37,420 nt of DNA from Octopus bimaculoides. Taxonomy: Eukaryota. Every line of letters starts with the position of its first letter. Position 1 is the stretch's first letter. The notes beneath the pieces were generated by a model. The model saw only the letters and a program-made list of their open reading frames with translations. It did no database searches and was not told where the DNA came from. Below, piece by piece: positions 11,134 through 22,960 of this stretch. The DNA lies in assembly GCF_001194135.2 (NCBI RefSeq), contig NC_069003.1:29276012-29313431 (forward strand), written 5' to 3'. A program made the translations under genes and the position numbers.

Positions 11134-11665
11134 TGATGACTTTACCATGTACATAATCAAACAATAAATTTGAAACTGAAATCAATTAACCTTAGATATA
11201 CAAACACGAAAAGAAGGAACGTAAATGATAACGCTATGTCATAAATAAAGTAAAATAAATGGACACGAAGACATTCAGTGGCAATTCTTTGCTAGACCTG
11301 ATAGCCTGACAACCGTCTATGGCTTCAAAACAATAAGTGATAATCAAGGAGAAAACTTGACGTTAGCAGCAAAAGAAAAACCTCTAACCTCCGACGATTA
11401 CAAAATACTATTGATTTCTAGAAGCCAACACAAAGCACAAACTAAGTAAACAATGCAATCTCAGCGTGTCCAGTTTTTGAAAAGCTCATTCACATACAGA
11501 AATCGTCTGATGAGACTCTTCTGCATCGAGGGATTCGCCACTACCAGTCGTACAGTACCCCAACCCTCGAGGGATCGATGACAGATGGATCGACATGATC
11601 GCTGCGAGCAATGAAGTTTCTCGTATATTCCACTTTCCCTATCTATCATTTCAGAAGTATTTATA

Positions 11666-11830
11666 GGCGCAGGCGTGGCTGTCTGGTAGGAAGCCTGCTT
11701 CCCAACCACCTGGTTCCGGATTCAGTCCCACTGCGTGACAGCTTGGGGAAGTGTCTTCTACTACAACCTCGGGTCGACCAAGTCTTGTGAATGAAATTTG
11801 GTAGACGGAAACTGAAAGAAGCCAGTCGTA
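11666..11830 (+). mobile_element. SINE-B head (tRNA-derived, CORE-like segment), followed by (TA)n, a gap and (TG)n
   Basis: A-box-like TGGCTGTCTGG and B-box-like GGATTCAGTCCC, then cttggggaagtgtcttcta; homologous to copies at 14408 and 16639. Confidence 0.92.
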
Positions 11831-11834
11831 TATA

Positions 11835-11867
<33 letters not shown>

Positions 11868-12531
11868 NNNNNNNNNNNNNNNNNNNNNNNNNNNNNNNNN
11901 NNNNNNNNNNNNNNNNNNNNNNNNNNNNNNNNNNNNNNNNNNNNNNNNNNNNNNNNNNNNNNNNNNNNNNNNNNNNNNNNNNNNNNNNNNNNNNNNNNNN
12001 NNNNNNNNNNNNNNNNNNNNNNNNNNNNNNNNNNNNNNNNNNNNNNNNNNNNNNNNNNNNNNNNNNNNNNNNNNNNNNNNNNNNNNNNNNNNNNNNNNNN
12101 NNNNNNNNNNNNNNNNNNNNNNNNNNNNNNNNNNNNNNNNNNNNNNNNNNNNNNNNNNNNNNNNNNNNNNNNNNNNNNNNNNNNNNNNNNNNNNNNNNNN
12201 NNNNNNNNNNNNNNNNNNNNNNNNNNNNNNNNNNNNNNNNNNNNNNNNNNNNNNNNNNNNNNNNNNNNNNNNNNNNNNNNNNNNNNNNNNNNNNNNNNNN
12301 NNNNNNNNNNNNNNNNNNNNNNNNNNNNNNNNNNNNNNNNNNNNNNNNNNNNNNNNNNNNNNNNNNNNNNNNNNNNNNNNNNNNNNNNNNNNNNNNNNNN
12401 NNNNNNNNNNNNNNNNNNNNNNNNNNNNNNNNNNNNNNNNNNNNNNNNNNNNNNNNNNNNNNNNNNNNNNNNNNNNNNNNNNNNNNNNNNNNNNNNNNNN
12501 NNNNNNNNNNNNNNNNNNNNNNNNNNNNNNN

Positions 12532-12594
<63 letters not shown>

Positions 12595-13873
12595 ATATAT
12601 AGGCGCACGCTTCAACAACACCAGACCTCATCTATAAATAGAAAAAATCCTCACAGTCTTTAGGCGGACAGAAAGTAAGACAGATTCCCACCAAGGTCAG
12701 ATCTCATTAGCCAAAACACGATGGATGGCTTTAACAATAATTTATAGCAAGTGGACGATCCCCTCAAACACCTCCAGACCAAAAGAGTTTTAGAAAGAGA
12801 AAAGTAATTCTGGTTTAATCTTTCATTCAATATTTAACTCATAACGTTACGGTTATCATTCATTCTTAAATACTATTGCATCCAATGTTAAACACAACAA
12901 AATATACAAACATTACCCGCTGACTTTCGTTCTCTACTGCAGCCTGTAACTACTGAAATCGTACTAACTGCACATTGGATCCTGCCTCTGAACAATTCAG
13001 CCTCACACCGTCCAGTGTAATCCCAAGAGACTATAGAAACGTAAAAGCAAATGATCTTAAAGGAAGGTTATACACGATATTTATATTCCTTATCCCTTAT
13101 ATCCGCACCGTACGATTTTGCTTTATCTCGATACACCAAGACCATAATAATGACTTCACAAACATCACATAAAGCATCTTCAACCGATCACTGCATTACT
13201 TATCAGGAACTCGTAACTGCATTCTCGCATGATTTCATATATAACAAAAACTTTCAGTATCCTTTAATACAAGAATGACGTGTCTGATGTTGCTACCAGT
13301 AGTATGCCCTGCTAATAACCTATAAGCTTTCGCCCGTTGAAAACCAAATATAGGTGAACCCTCACTCAGAGACTGAGTGTATAATCATTGCTGCGATTAC
13401 ACCATGTTGATGCGAAAACATTCGGAACTTAACATCCTTACTCATACGTTTACATTCGTGCTTACTACTGTCGCTAAAATACTAGAATAAACAGATTGAT
13501 GACTGCCAAACAGTTCCGAATGTATATAAATTTGTATATAACAATTTTATTTAGATTCTTTCAAAAAACAAAAAGGAAACAAACAAAGATTATAATAATA
13601 ACTGTTGTCATACTACAATTAATATGTTTCAAATGGTCACTGATTTATCTCCTCTTTTATATTTTCATTTTATATTCTGAAATTATTATTAAACTCAAGA
13701 AATCTAAAAACTGCAGATGCATGTGTCATTGTAATTGTAGAACTTCGATCAAATACAAAACAAATTTGCTATGTCATTATTTATTTGTTTTTCACGTGTC
13801 GTAAAACAAATTAAACAATAATGAGAAATTTATTTTCAGTTTAAAAGTGAATAATATACGCATATGTCTTCAG

Positions 13874-13901
13874 ATCTTGGATACTGCTCTGATATATTCA
13901 C
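13874..13901 (+). other. Possible 28-bp micro-exon
   Basis: tgtcttcag|ATCTTGGATACTGCTCTGATATATTCAC|gtaagt. Splice signals only, no homology. Confidence 0.15.
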
Positions 13902-14407
13902 GTAAGTGAAAATATTTTCCGTAACCTTCTGGAATACCACCGGTTAGAATATAGCATATTTCCAACGTGGGGTCAAATATTCACAAGGACAAAAAAACTA
14001 GAACCGCTATAATGAATCTACTGTATGTATGTATGCATGTATGTATGTATGTATGTATGTTTGTACTTGGTCCTTACTCTAAATGTAACACCGACAAAGA
14101 AATCAGTTGCTATACCTTCAGAAGATCTTGTTCGTATTGACATAGATCATTTCCATTTACACCTAGCTCTACAAATATCTGATTTATAAAACAAAAACGC
14201 TTGCTTATCATGGATAAATATATTTTCGACATTGCGACAAATTTCTACCAGCTTTAAAAAGGGAAACACACATATAATCGTTATATCCATCATGCAATCA
14301 CAGTGTGAGACATTGCCATAGTAACATGCACAGCTCCTTCTCATTAGCTAATACACCGCTAAAACATTCTATTTTGAATAAAAGTGTCACCCTTAATTAG
14401 AAGCGAA

Positions 14408-14561
14408 GGCGCAACTCAGTGGCAAGGAGATTACTTCCCAACAACAAGGTTCCGGGTTCAGTCCCGCTGCTTGGCACCTTCGACAAATGTCTTCTCGTAT
14501 AACCTCAAGCCGACAAAAGCCTTGTGGGTGGATTTAGTAGACGGAATCTGTAAGCCTGTCG

Positions 14562-14565
<4 letters not shown>
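14408..14565 (+). mobile_element. SINE-B head followed by (TG)n
   Basis: ggcgcaactcagtggc...ggttccgggttcagtcccgctgcttggcacctt...agccttgtgggtggatttagtagacggaa. Confidence 0.9.
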
Positions 14566-14607
<42 letters not shown>

Positions 14608-15041
14608 ATGTATGCATGTATTACCGCGTGCGTTTTTTCTTTTTGGTGCCGGTGTATATTTGTCTATGTGAATTCTCATTTTTTTTGTTTAATGTAATGT
14701 TATATAATCAAATATTTCATTTGTACATACAATAATTCAATAATATTTATAATATTTTGCATGTTATAGATAGCATATGAATACATATATATTACATTCT
14801 ATGAAATCCATTGTATTAAGACGTGCTCTTTTCCTTTTCCTTTTATATTTGTGTGTAAGCTTTTGTGAATTGATCTATTTCTGCATTATTGAACTGTAAT
14901 AAATTCAATGTGATACAATGGAACTAATCACCTGTCGATAGATTTATAATCTTTATTGTCATTGCTGAAGTATTCTAACATGGCGCATAATTGCGGTGAG
15001 TTTTCTTTTTACAGTGTTATATTCATTTCCGTCTCTAATGG

Positions 15042-15072
<31 letters not shown>

Positions 15073-15613
15073 NNNNNNNNNNNNNNNNNNNNNNNNNNNN
15101 NNNNNNNNNNNNNNNNNNNNNNNNNNNNNNNNNNNNNNNNNNNNNNNNNNNNNNNNNNNNNNNNNNNNNNNNNNNNNNNNNNNNNNNNNNNNNNNNNNNN
15201 NNNNNNNNNNNNNNNNNNNNNNNNNNNNNNNNNNNNNNNNNNNNNNNNNNNNNNNNNNNNNNNNNNNNNNNNNNNNNNNNNNNNNNNNNNNNNNNNNNNN
15301 NNNNNNNNNNNNNNNNNNNNNNNNNNNNNNNNNNNNNNNNNNNNNNNNNNNNNNNNNNNNNNNNNNNNNNNNNNNNNNNNNNNNNNNNNNNNNNNNNNNN
15401 NNNNNNNNNNNNNNNNNNNNNNNNNNNNNNNNNNNNNNNNNNNNNNNNNNNNNNNNNNNNNNNNNNNNNNNNNNNNNNNNNNNNNNNNNNNNNNNNNNNN
15501 NNNNNNNNNNNNNNNNNNNNNNNNNNNNNNNNNNNNNNNNNNNNNNNNNNNNNNNNNNNNNNNNNNNNNNNNNNNNNNNNNNNNNNNNNNNNNNNNNNNN
15601 NNNNNNNNNNNNN

Positions 15614-15690
<77 letters not shown>

Positions 15691-16638
15691 AACACATATA
15701 TTGTGTGTGAGTTCCTTTAAAGAGTTAATTGCATTTCCATGTCTATAAATGTGTATGTATATATGTGAGTGTGTGTGTGTGTGTGTTTGTTTGTGACCCT
15801 GTGTGTGTGTATGTAGGGGGAACTTGTGTGTGTGCATGTGTGTGAGTGTATAGGTCTGTGTGGGTGAGTATTCATATATAATAGCACGTATATATAAGGT
15901 TAAGAACTGTTTTTTTACAGAAAACTATCCAAAATGATTTTTCAACGCAATATTTGTATTTTAGTATTATATCTGTATGTGCTTCGAGACACAATATGCT
16001 AACAAGTAATTATTTCACGTTCTCTGGAATGTTTACAAAGTTCTTATCACGTCAACACACACATACACATACACTCACATAGACAGACACACACGCACAA
16101 ACGTGTGTGTATATATATATATATATNNNNNNNNNNNNNNNNNNNNNNNNNNNNNNNNNNNNNNNNNNNNNNNNNNNNNNNNNNNNNNNNNNNNNNNNNN
16201 NNNNNNNNNNNNNNNNNNNNNNNNNNNNNNNNNNNNNNNNNNNNNNNNNNNNNNNNNNNNNNNNNNNNNNNNNNNNNNNNNNNNNNNNNNNNNNNNNNNN
16301 NNNNNNNNNNNNNNNNNNNNNNNNNNNNNNNNNNNNNNNNNNNNNNNNNNNNNNNNNNNNNNNNNNNNNNNNNNNNNNNNNNNNNNNNNNNNNNNNNNNN
16401 NNNNNNNNNNNNNNNNNNNNNNNNNNNNNNNNNNNNNNNNNNNNNNNNNNNNNNNNNNNNNNNNNNNNNNNNNNNNNNNNATATATATATATATATACAG
16501 ACACACACACGCACCCACATTGCCTATGTAGCCAGCGTACGCCGAGAAACTGTAACGTCATACATTCTGTTAAACGTGACTTTCCAATTGAACATCAATC
16601 ACGAAATCAGAAATTATCATAACTCGATGACAACCACT

Positions 16639-17140
16639 GTGGCTGTGTGGTAACATGATTGCTTCCCAACCATATGTTTCTGGGTTCAGTCTCACTGTAT
16701 GGCAACTTGGGCAAGTGACTTCCACTATAGTCTCTGGCTGGGCAAAGACTTGTAAATGGATTTTGATAGACAGAAATAAAAAGAAGCATACACACACACA
16801 TACATACACACACACTCTCTCACACACACACACAGATAGACACACACATACACACACACACATACATACATATATACACATGAAAATATATACGTATATA
16901 TATACATATGCATGTGTGTGTATGTATGCATGTACGTATATCTTTATATCTGTGTTTCTACCCATCCGCGCCTGACAACCAGTGTTGGAATGTATACGTC
17001 CACGTAACTTACAGTTCGGCAAAGCAGACCGATTGAAGAATTACTACGATTAAGAAAAATAAGTCCCAAAGTCGATTTGTTCAAGGTGGTGTCCCAGCGT
17101 AGCCGCAGTCAAATGGCTGAAACAGATGAAAGATGACAAA
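16639..17140 (+). mobile_element. SINE-B, complete gap-free copy: head, internal (CA)n/(TA)n/(TG)n microsatellite, 3' half
   Basis: Head 16639-16787 includes acttgggcaagtgactt, similar to the MIR/CORE ccttgggcaagtcactt. Microsatellite ~16788-16945; tail to gccgcagtcaaatggctgaaacagatgaaaga. Confidence 0.88.
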
Positions 17141-17877
17141 GCATCAAAGATAAAGGTGAAATTTGCATCGGGAAAAACAAAAATGCAGGTAACAATATGC
17201 TGAACCTTTCAATGTGACACGTGTCGAATAATTGATAAGGGGAAAACCAAAAAGAATGGGTAGGAACTGAATATTAATGTAAACCTGAACTGCAAAGGAA
17301 AACGTTTCTTCTGCTGCATTAAATACCCTTAATATAATGATAATTACATCCGCCAAACTTAATTAAACTTAATTAAATGGGTGCGAATGTATGTCCAACT
17401 AAAAAAGGGTTTATCTCTCAGAAATATTCCAAGTAATGAAAATCTACTCTTTTGCGCAAATGGAAACTTCAAAACTTCTTAAATCCAAAATTGAGCATGA
17501 AATAATCAACAGAGCTACTAAAAAAATAAAAAGAAATAACTTCTTGTATAAGGATTTCGCTCTAACATGTCTGTTTGAAAAACTGAACCACGGAAGCGCT
17601 TACATACACAATGTTAAAACTTGTCACATCTTTCTGTGCTTCAAAAGATTTTCAAAATTGCCAATTTCATTTAAAGAAAACCGTCTTTATATATGCTAAT
17701 GAAATTCATAAGATAACCGTCTATTCCTTTGTTATCTCATNNNNNNNNNNNNNNNNNNNNNNNNNNNNNNNNNNNNNNNNNNNNNNNNNNNNNNNNNNNN
17801 NNNNNNNNNNNNNNNNNNNNNNNNNNNNNNNNNNNNNNNNNNNNNNNNNNNNNNNNNNNNNNNNNNNNNNNNNNNNN

Positions 17878-17911
<34 letters not shown>

Positions 17912-17912
17912 A

Positions 17913-18292
17913 ATCTTATTTTCATTGGCACTGAATTGGTTGATACAAAGAACGACAGAAGAATATAAACGAGGTATAGAATGGAACACAATTCAACTAG
18001 AAGATTTATATTATGCAGACGACATTTGTTTGTTCTCATACACGCCTCAAGAGTTACAAAACAAATCTGAAACAGTCAAATAGGCAACATCATAGGTCTC
18101 AAAATCAACGAGAAGTAGTACACTCTTTATAAACATATAACAGATGCTGAGTATGTGACTTTAACGACCGAACAATCGCAAATGTTGACGTATTTATCTA
18201 TCAAAGCACCAAACTAACAATGGTTGGAGATTGCATTCCTAAAATAAATACAAGAATTAGCAAATCCAAGCAATCATTTGGTATCTTACGCA
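17913..18292 (+). pseudogene. RTE-clade LINE reverse-transcriptase fragment (not in the ORF track)
   Basis: 17913-18080 reads ILFSLALNWLIQRTTEEYKRGIEWNTIQLEDLYYADDICLFSYTPQELQNKSETVK*, with YADD at 18012-18023. After frameshifts come IGLKINEK and IANVDVFIYQS...INTRISKSKQSFGILR, typical RTE RT C-terminal motifs. Confidence 0.88.
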
Positions 18293-18295
18293 TTC

Positions 18296-18500
18296 CTCCA
18301 CACCAATAGGGGTGAGGACAGTTTAGTTTCATTACTATGTGTATGAAAACACCTGTTCATTATCATTACCCTTCTTGTTCTTCGAACAGAGCTCATCAAG
18401 TCCTACTGCGTCCATTCCACAATGCCTGCACGATATCTTACAAACTTCACTGCCTGGACATTGAAGGCTTCACAAGATTTTGAGAATACTGCTTTGATAT
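18296..18500 (-). pseudogene. R4/Dong-clade RT C-terminal fragment
   Basis: With one frameshift it reads QNLVK/AFNVQAVKFVRYRAGIVEWTQ*DLMSSVRRTRRVMIMNRCFHTHSNETKL, matching the recalled pattern NLIKAINT.AV.V.RY.AGIV.WT..EL..LDRKTRK.MTM...HP.SD..RL. Confidence 0.78.
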
Positions 18501-19327
18501 AAAATGTGGTGGAGAATTTCCAACAGTTCAAAATAGCAGCGTTCTGGGCAATGACAACTGAAACGATCGTAAAATGTTCGCAAAGCACAGGCTTTTTCGT
18601 TTTGAGGTACAATTTTTAGTGATAGCAAGTAAGTTTTTAAAGAAAACCAATATGATGAAAAAATTCAGTAGGTGGTGGAAAGTGGTTTCAGCTATAGAGG
18701 TTTTACATAGAATCTAAGTTGTGTGTCGTTTATCACTGTGGATGATTGAGACTTATATTAGAGCGGGTGATTGCTTATATCTCATGTGCAAAATGAACGT
18801 GATATAGCTGAACGTGTTAAACTAATCAGAAAGGAGTGAGGATGAAAAATGTCATTGGCCTGGGTGTTTTATCTCAGCAAAAATAAATATGTCAGAACCA
18901 AATGCTAGTATAGAAAATATATGACAATTCCTTTCTTCATAGACTTAAGTATCAGATAACGTGTTTCAATATGTAACTGGAATTGAAAACATTCTCTTAA
19001 GTGAAAATGTCAAATCAGTCCAACCCAAATTACTGATTTATATCGGAAGAAGGCTGTTGTTGATATATCCCATTTAGAGATTTTTCTTTTACCTCACTCC
19101 ATGAATAAAAATGTCATTACCATGTGCTACTGTTTCTTATTAAACTGCTTTTGACTTTTTAATATCCCAGCGTTTTCGCCTGAATCAAAATATACGTAAA
19201 CAATGGAATAAACTTGGGGAAAATGCAATATATCACAACGCATATAAATGAAAGATATACGTGCATACGCGCATACACACACCTACATATATATTTATAC
19301 ACACATGCAAATATATATACGCGTGTG

Positions 19328-19369
<42 letters not shown>

Positions 19370-19379
19370 NNNNNNNNNN

Positions 19380-19422
<43 letters not shown>

Positions 19423-20309
19423 TAATGAACATATACGTCCATAATGTACATATGTTTATATACATATACACATATAATGAAGAAGATAGGAGATCGCCAG
19501 GCCTTAAGATTTAAGGTTTGTTGTCATTTTTTGCCGGAAAGTTTATGAAACAAAATGGATGATAAAATATAGAAGAGCATATGGGCATCCATTATATGTA
19601 GCAGAAAGAGTAGTAAATTAAAATAACCCGTTGTGTATCATACGTAATGAAAATACATTGCGAAAATGGTAATCTAGATGATATCTCGCATGAATATTAT
19701 GAGTTTAGGAACACATATATACATAGCTACTGGACTAAAAGCCAGTGAGAATACTCGATGTGCATTTGTGCTTCGTTGGCGTATTTCAATGTCATGTAAT
19801 CACTGCCGACCCCATGCTAAGATGAACTCCACCGCTGTTGCTATATATATAACCAAACAGTGATTGATAGATCACTGATGTTACAATTAGCCGCCCGACT
19901 GAACAAAAGTCCGTATATACGCAACACAAATAGAATTAGATTAAATTAGTAATCTTTGTATGATATCTTATGGAAAGACATTGCGAAAATCAAATGTACC
20001 TCGATATCCATCCAGTGATAATATCTCTTATGCGCAATGAATTAACTATGAAATGCGGAAGACTATTTTATATGTGAACATATTTCTACTTTTTTTCTTT
20101 TGTATTCTATGATGGAGATATCGAAAAAATGATAAAATGCTGATCTTTAGATTCGTTTTTAATTCTTTTTAGTATCATTTTGAGAAACGGAACAATAGCA
20201 AACTAATACTCCAAATATCTGGTAATCTGGTTATAACTAATTATTCGGTACAACGCAATCCTCATATACCATGTGAATTCCGCTCTAACGCAATTTTCTT
20301 TGCAAATAA

Positions 20310-20521
20310 GGCGGCGTGCTGCCAGAAGCGTTAGCACGCCGGCCGAAATGCTTAGCGGTATTTCGTCTATCTTTACGTTCTGAGTTCAAATTCAGCCGAG
20401 GTCGACTTTGCCTTTCATCTTATCGGGGTCGATAAATTAAGTACCAGTTGCGTACTGAGGTCGATCTAATCGACTGGCCCCCTCCCCCAAAATTTCGGGC
20501 CTTGTGCTTGGAGTAGAAAAG
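20310..20521 (+). mobile_element. SINE-A, best-preserved monomer, with a 17-bp TSD
   Basis: A-box-like region tgccagaagcg and B-box GAGTTCAAATTC. TSD aattttctttgcaaata (20292-20308) versus aattttccttgcaagta (20522-20538), 2 mismatches. Confidence 0.95.
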
Positions 20522-20620
20522 AATTTTCCTTGCAAGTATTTGTAATTCAACCACAAGTCAAACAATATTTCGTTTATACCAACACCAGTATTTCAGCCGT
20601 ACGTTTATTTTTTTGTTTAA

Positions 20621-20621
<1 letters not shown>

Positions 20622-20679
<58 letters not shown>
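20622..20679. repeat. (ATT)n microsatellite
   Basis: Read directly. Confidence 0.98.
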
Positions 20680-20874
20680 GGAGAGTATTGTAGTTCGCTT
20701 GAAGCATTGTGTATTGTTTGTAAAGAATAAAAAGTTTAGAATGGTATAACAATGCACTATAGAACAAAAAATAGACTATATACCTGTTGTAATTTGGTTA
20801 TCTATAGTCCGATGATATTTCGAAATTAAAATTCCTTCTTCAGATCTTCTTAGCTGGAGTCTCTGTTATAAACA

Positions 20875-20892
20875 GATTCTGCCAGCTCACCG

Positions 20893-20949
<57 letters not shown>

Positions 20950-21075
20950 TAATAAAGGTTCCAAATTTTGGCATAAGGGAGCAAGTTCGAAGAGGGTTCT
21001 ATTCGATTGCATTGAATATAGTAATCAAAGGGTGCTTATTTTATCGACCCCGTAAAGAGGAAATGCACTGCCGAC
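20875..21075 (-). mobile_element. SINE-A 5' stub (20875-20894), (AAT)n (20897-20955), and the 3' part of an older SINE-A (20956-21075)
   Basis: gattctgccagctcaccgcc is the reverse complement of the SINE-A start; ttttatcgaccccg...gccgacc is a diverged body. Confidence 0.75.
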
Positions 21076-21154
21076 CATTATTATTAAAATTAAGGTGATA
21101 CGCGGAGAGAAACGGTAGCAAAAGAAAAAAAGAAAACTTATAGTTGGCTTTTCT

Positions 21155-21330
21155 TTTCGTCTGGTTCTTTTCGTTATGAGTTCAAATTCCACCGTGGTTG
21201 ACTTTGATTTTCCTCATCGCGGGGTCGATGATATAGGTTATGAGTTGAATATCTGATTCAATATGATCGACTTCACTCCTTCACCGATACTGTTGACCTT
21301 TTACCAAAGTGTGAAATTCTTATTACTATT
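21155..21330 (+). mobile_element. SINE-A, old 5'-truncated copy ending in a decayed ATT tail
   Basis: gagttcaaattccaccgtggttgactttgattttcctcatcgcggggtcgat...tgtgaaattcttattactattatt. Confidence 0.8.
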
Positions 21331-21911
21331 ATTTTTGTCGTTGTTATCCTAATGATGTTGTTGACTTTATTCTTTTTACCATATATATATTAATATTCTT
21401 TATTCATTTGTTAATTATTCATTATATAGAAATGTAATTTATCATTTCATTAATTATTAGATATCCTTTTGTCAAATTTAATATAATTGCTAATTGAATC
21501 AAAATATAATTGATAATTTGATGACACATACAACTAATTTTTAAAACAAAGAAAGCAAACTTGTTTTTGGTGCATGATACATAAATATAAAGTTGCAAAA
21601 TATGATAAACGTATATCAAACATTTTAATGAAACACATAAAATACGAAACCGTTGCATAAGAAAGAAAGTATGCTGAAGTACATTTATCACAAACAGAAC
21701 ACCCTTAGCGAAAACAAACTCTACATTTTAACACTAATTATTACATACCTCGAGAACATTGAAACAAGCTTCTTACTTTACAGCCACCGTGTATAAGTTT
21801 TTTTATATATATTTTGTTTATGATTTTATAAATTTTATAATTTCCTGTTGGATCCCGCTTATCTGTCCACGACAGCATTTCGTCAATTTCGCTGTAATCA
21901 TTTTCTCTCCT

Positions 21912-22211
21912 TCTATGCCCAGGATGGAGCAATACCTTAGACAATCTTAAAGAACGCATTCAATTAATAGTAAAGGATTTAAATCCTGAAATGCTTCAAA
22001 ATGTGTTTCGAAACGTTAAGGATGGTTTCGAAATTTGCAAGGATACAGACAGAGTACATGTTGAAAATTCTCAATAAAGTTTTGATGCAATATTTATAAA
22101 TCTATTTGTTTTGGTATCATAAGTAAGTGATAAGCATAAAATTCTGTTTACCTTTTCTTTTCTTTATGTTGCCCGATTTTCATTGAAATAGTTAATTCAG
22201 GGACGCCCTGT
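21912..22211 (+). mobile_element. Tc1/mariner-superfamily relic: transposase C-terminus plus right TIR
   Basis: 21931-22077 reads NTLDNLKERIQLIVKDLNPEMLQNVFRNVKDGFEICKDTDRVHVENSQ* (pattern TL..LK.RI...I..EML..V...R...C...G.H.E). ggacgccctgt at 22201-22211 resembles the reverse complement of CAGGGTGTCC-type TIR ends. Confidence 0.72.
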
Positions 22212-22849
22212 GAAACACTTCATTAGTATGATGTCATATGGAAAATATAGACCCTTATTCGTTTCTAAGACAACGTCTCACTGAAATTTAACAAGGACCT
22301 GGATCACTTTGAAAGATAGAAATTGTCATTAAATTATGTCTGCCATTTATTATAATTGCGATATGTCTACAAAATGTCAACACGGTATAATCTACTAGTC
22401 ACTGCAGCTGCTTCAGGTAACAGCAAAATGTCCCTCAATTTCTACAATTTAGGGTTCAGAAGAGTGGAACTTTTTGGATAATGTGCAATTCCCGAGAAAT
22501 ATAAATTGTTTTTAGAAAAGGGTGTGATATTTCCAGAGACAACGAACGCCATGTAAGCGGAGTTGTTTTATCGTTCCATTTCTAGTTGTCTTTTATGTGT
22601 ATATTTACTCTGTAAAACGTAGGCGAATGTCTGTTAAGTGTGAGGATAGTTAAGTTGGGATTACGTCCGTGTGCAGAAGATAAATGTGAAACAAGTGTTC
22701 AAAGTATTTGTAGATAGAAATACCTGTAAACAGATCATTAATATTTAAAAACAATGGTCTGAAAGATAATAAATGTTAAGGTATATCTTATTTCATACAA
22801 TATAGACTCATTCTAGGCACGTTATTTAAGAATTGATCTCAATCATAAA

Positions 22850-22960
22850 GGAGAAGGAAAAGGAGAAGAAAGAGAGAGAGGGAGAAGGAGAGAACAAAAC
22901 AAAGAGAAATGAGAGAGACGGAAGAGAATCGTTGCAATTGATCATAGAAATAGAGAGATT
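22850..22960. repeat. GA-rich low-complexity tract
   Basis: Read directly; accounts for ORF 22833..23018. Confidence 0.85.

Noticed and set aside
16626-17139. gatgacaa on both sides of the complete SINE-B as a TSD
   Set aside because: Only 8 bp, offset from the head, and overlapping the SINE's own (gat/gaa)-rich end.
18390-18606. Apparent plus-strand exon (ttcgaacag|...tttgag|gtacaa)
   Set aside because: All three plus frames contain stops, and much of the region is better explained as a minus-strand R4 relic.
20310-20400. tRNA-like A and B boxes in SINE heads as tRNA genes
   Set aside because: No cloverleaf or anticodon arm; they continue into SINE bodies in many diverged copies.
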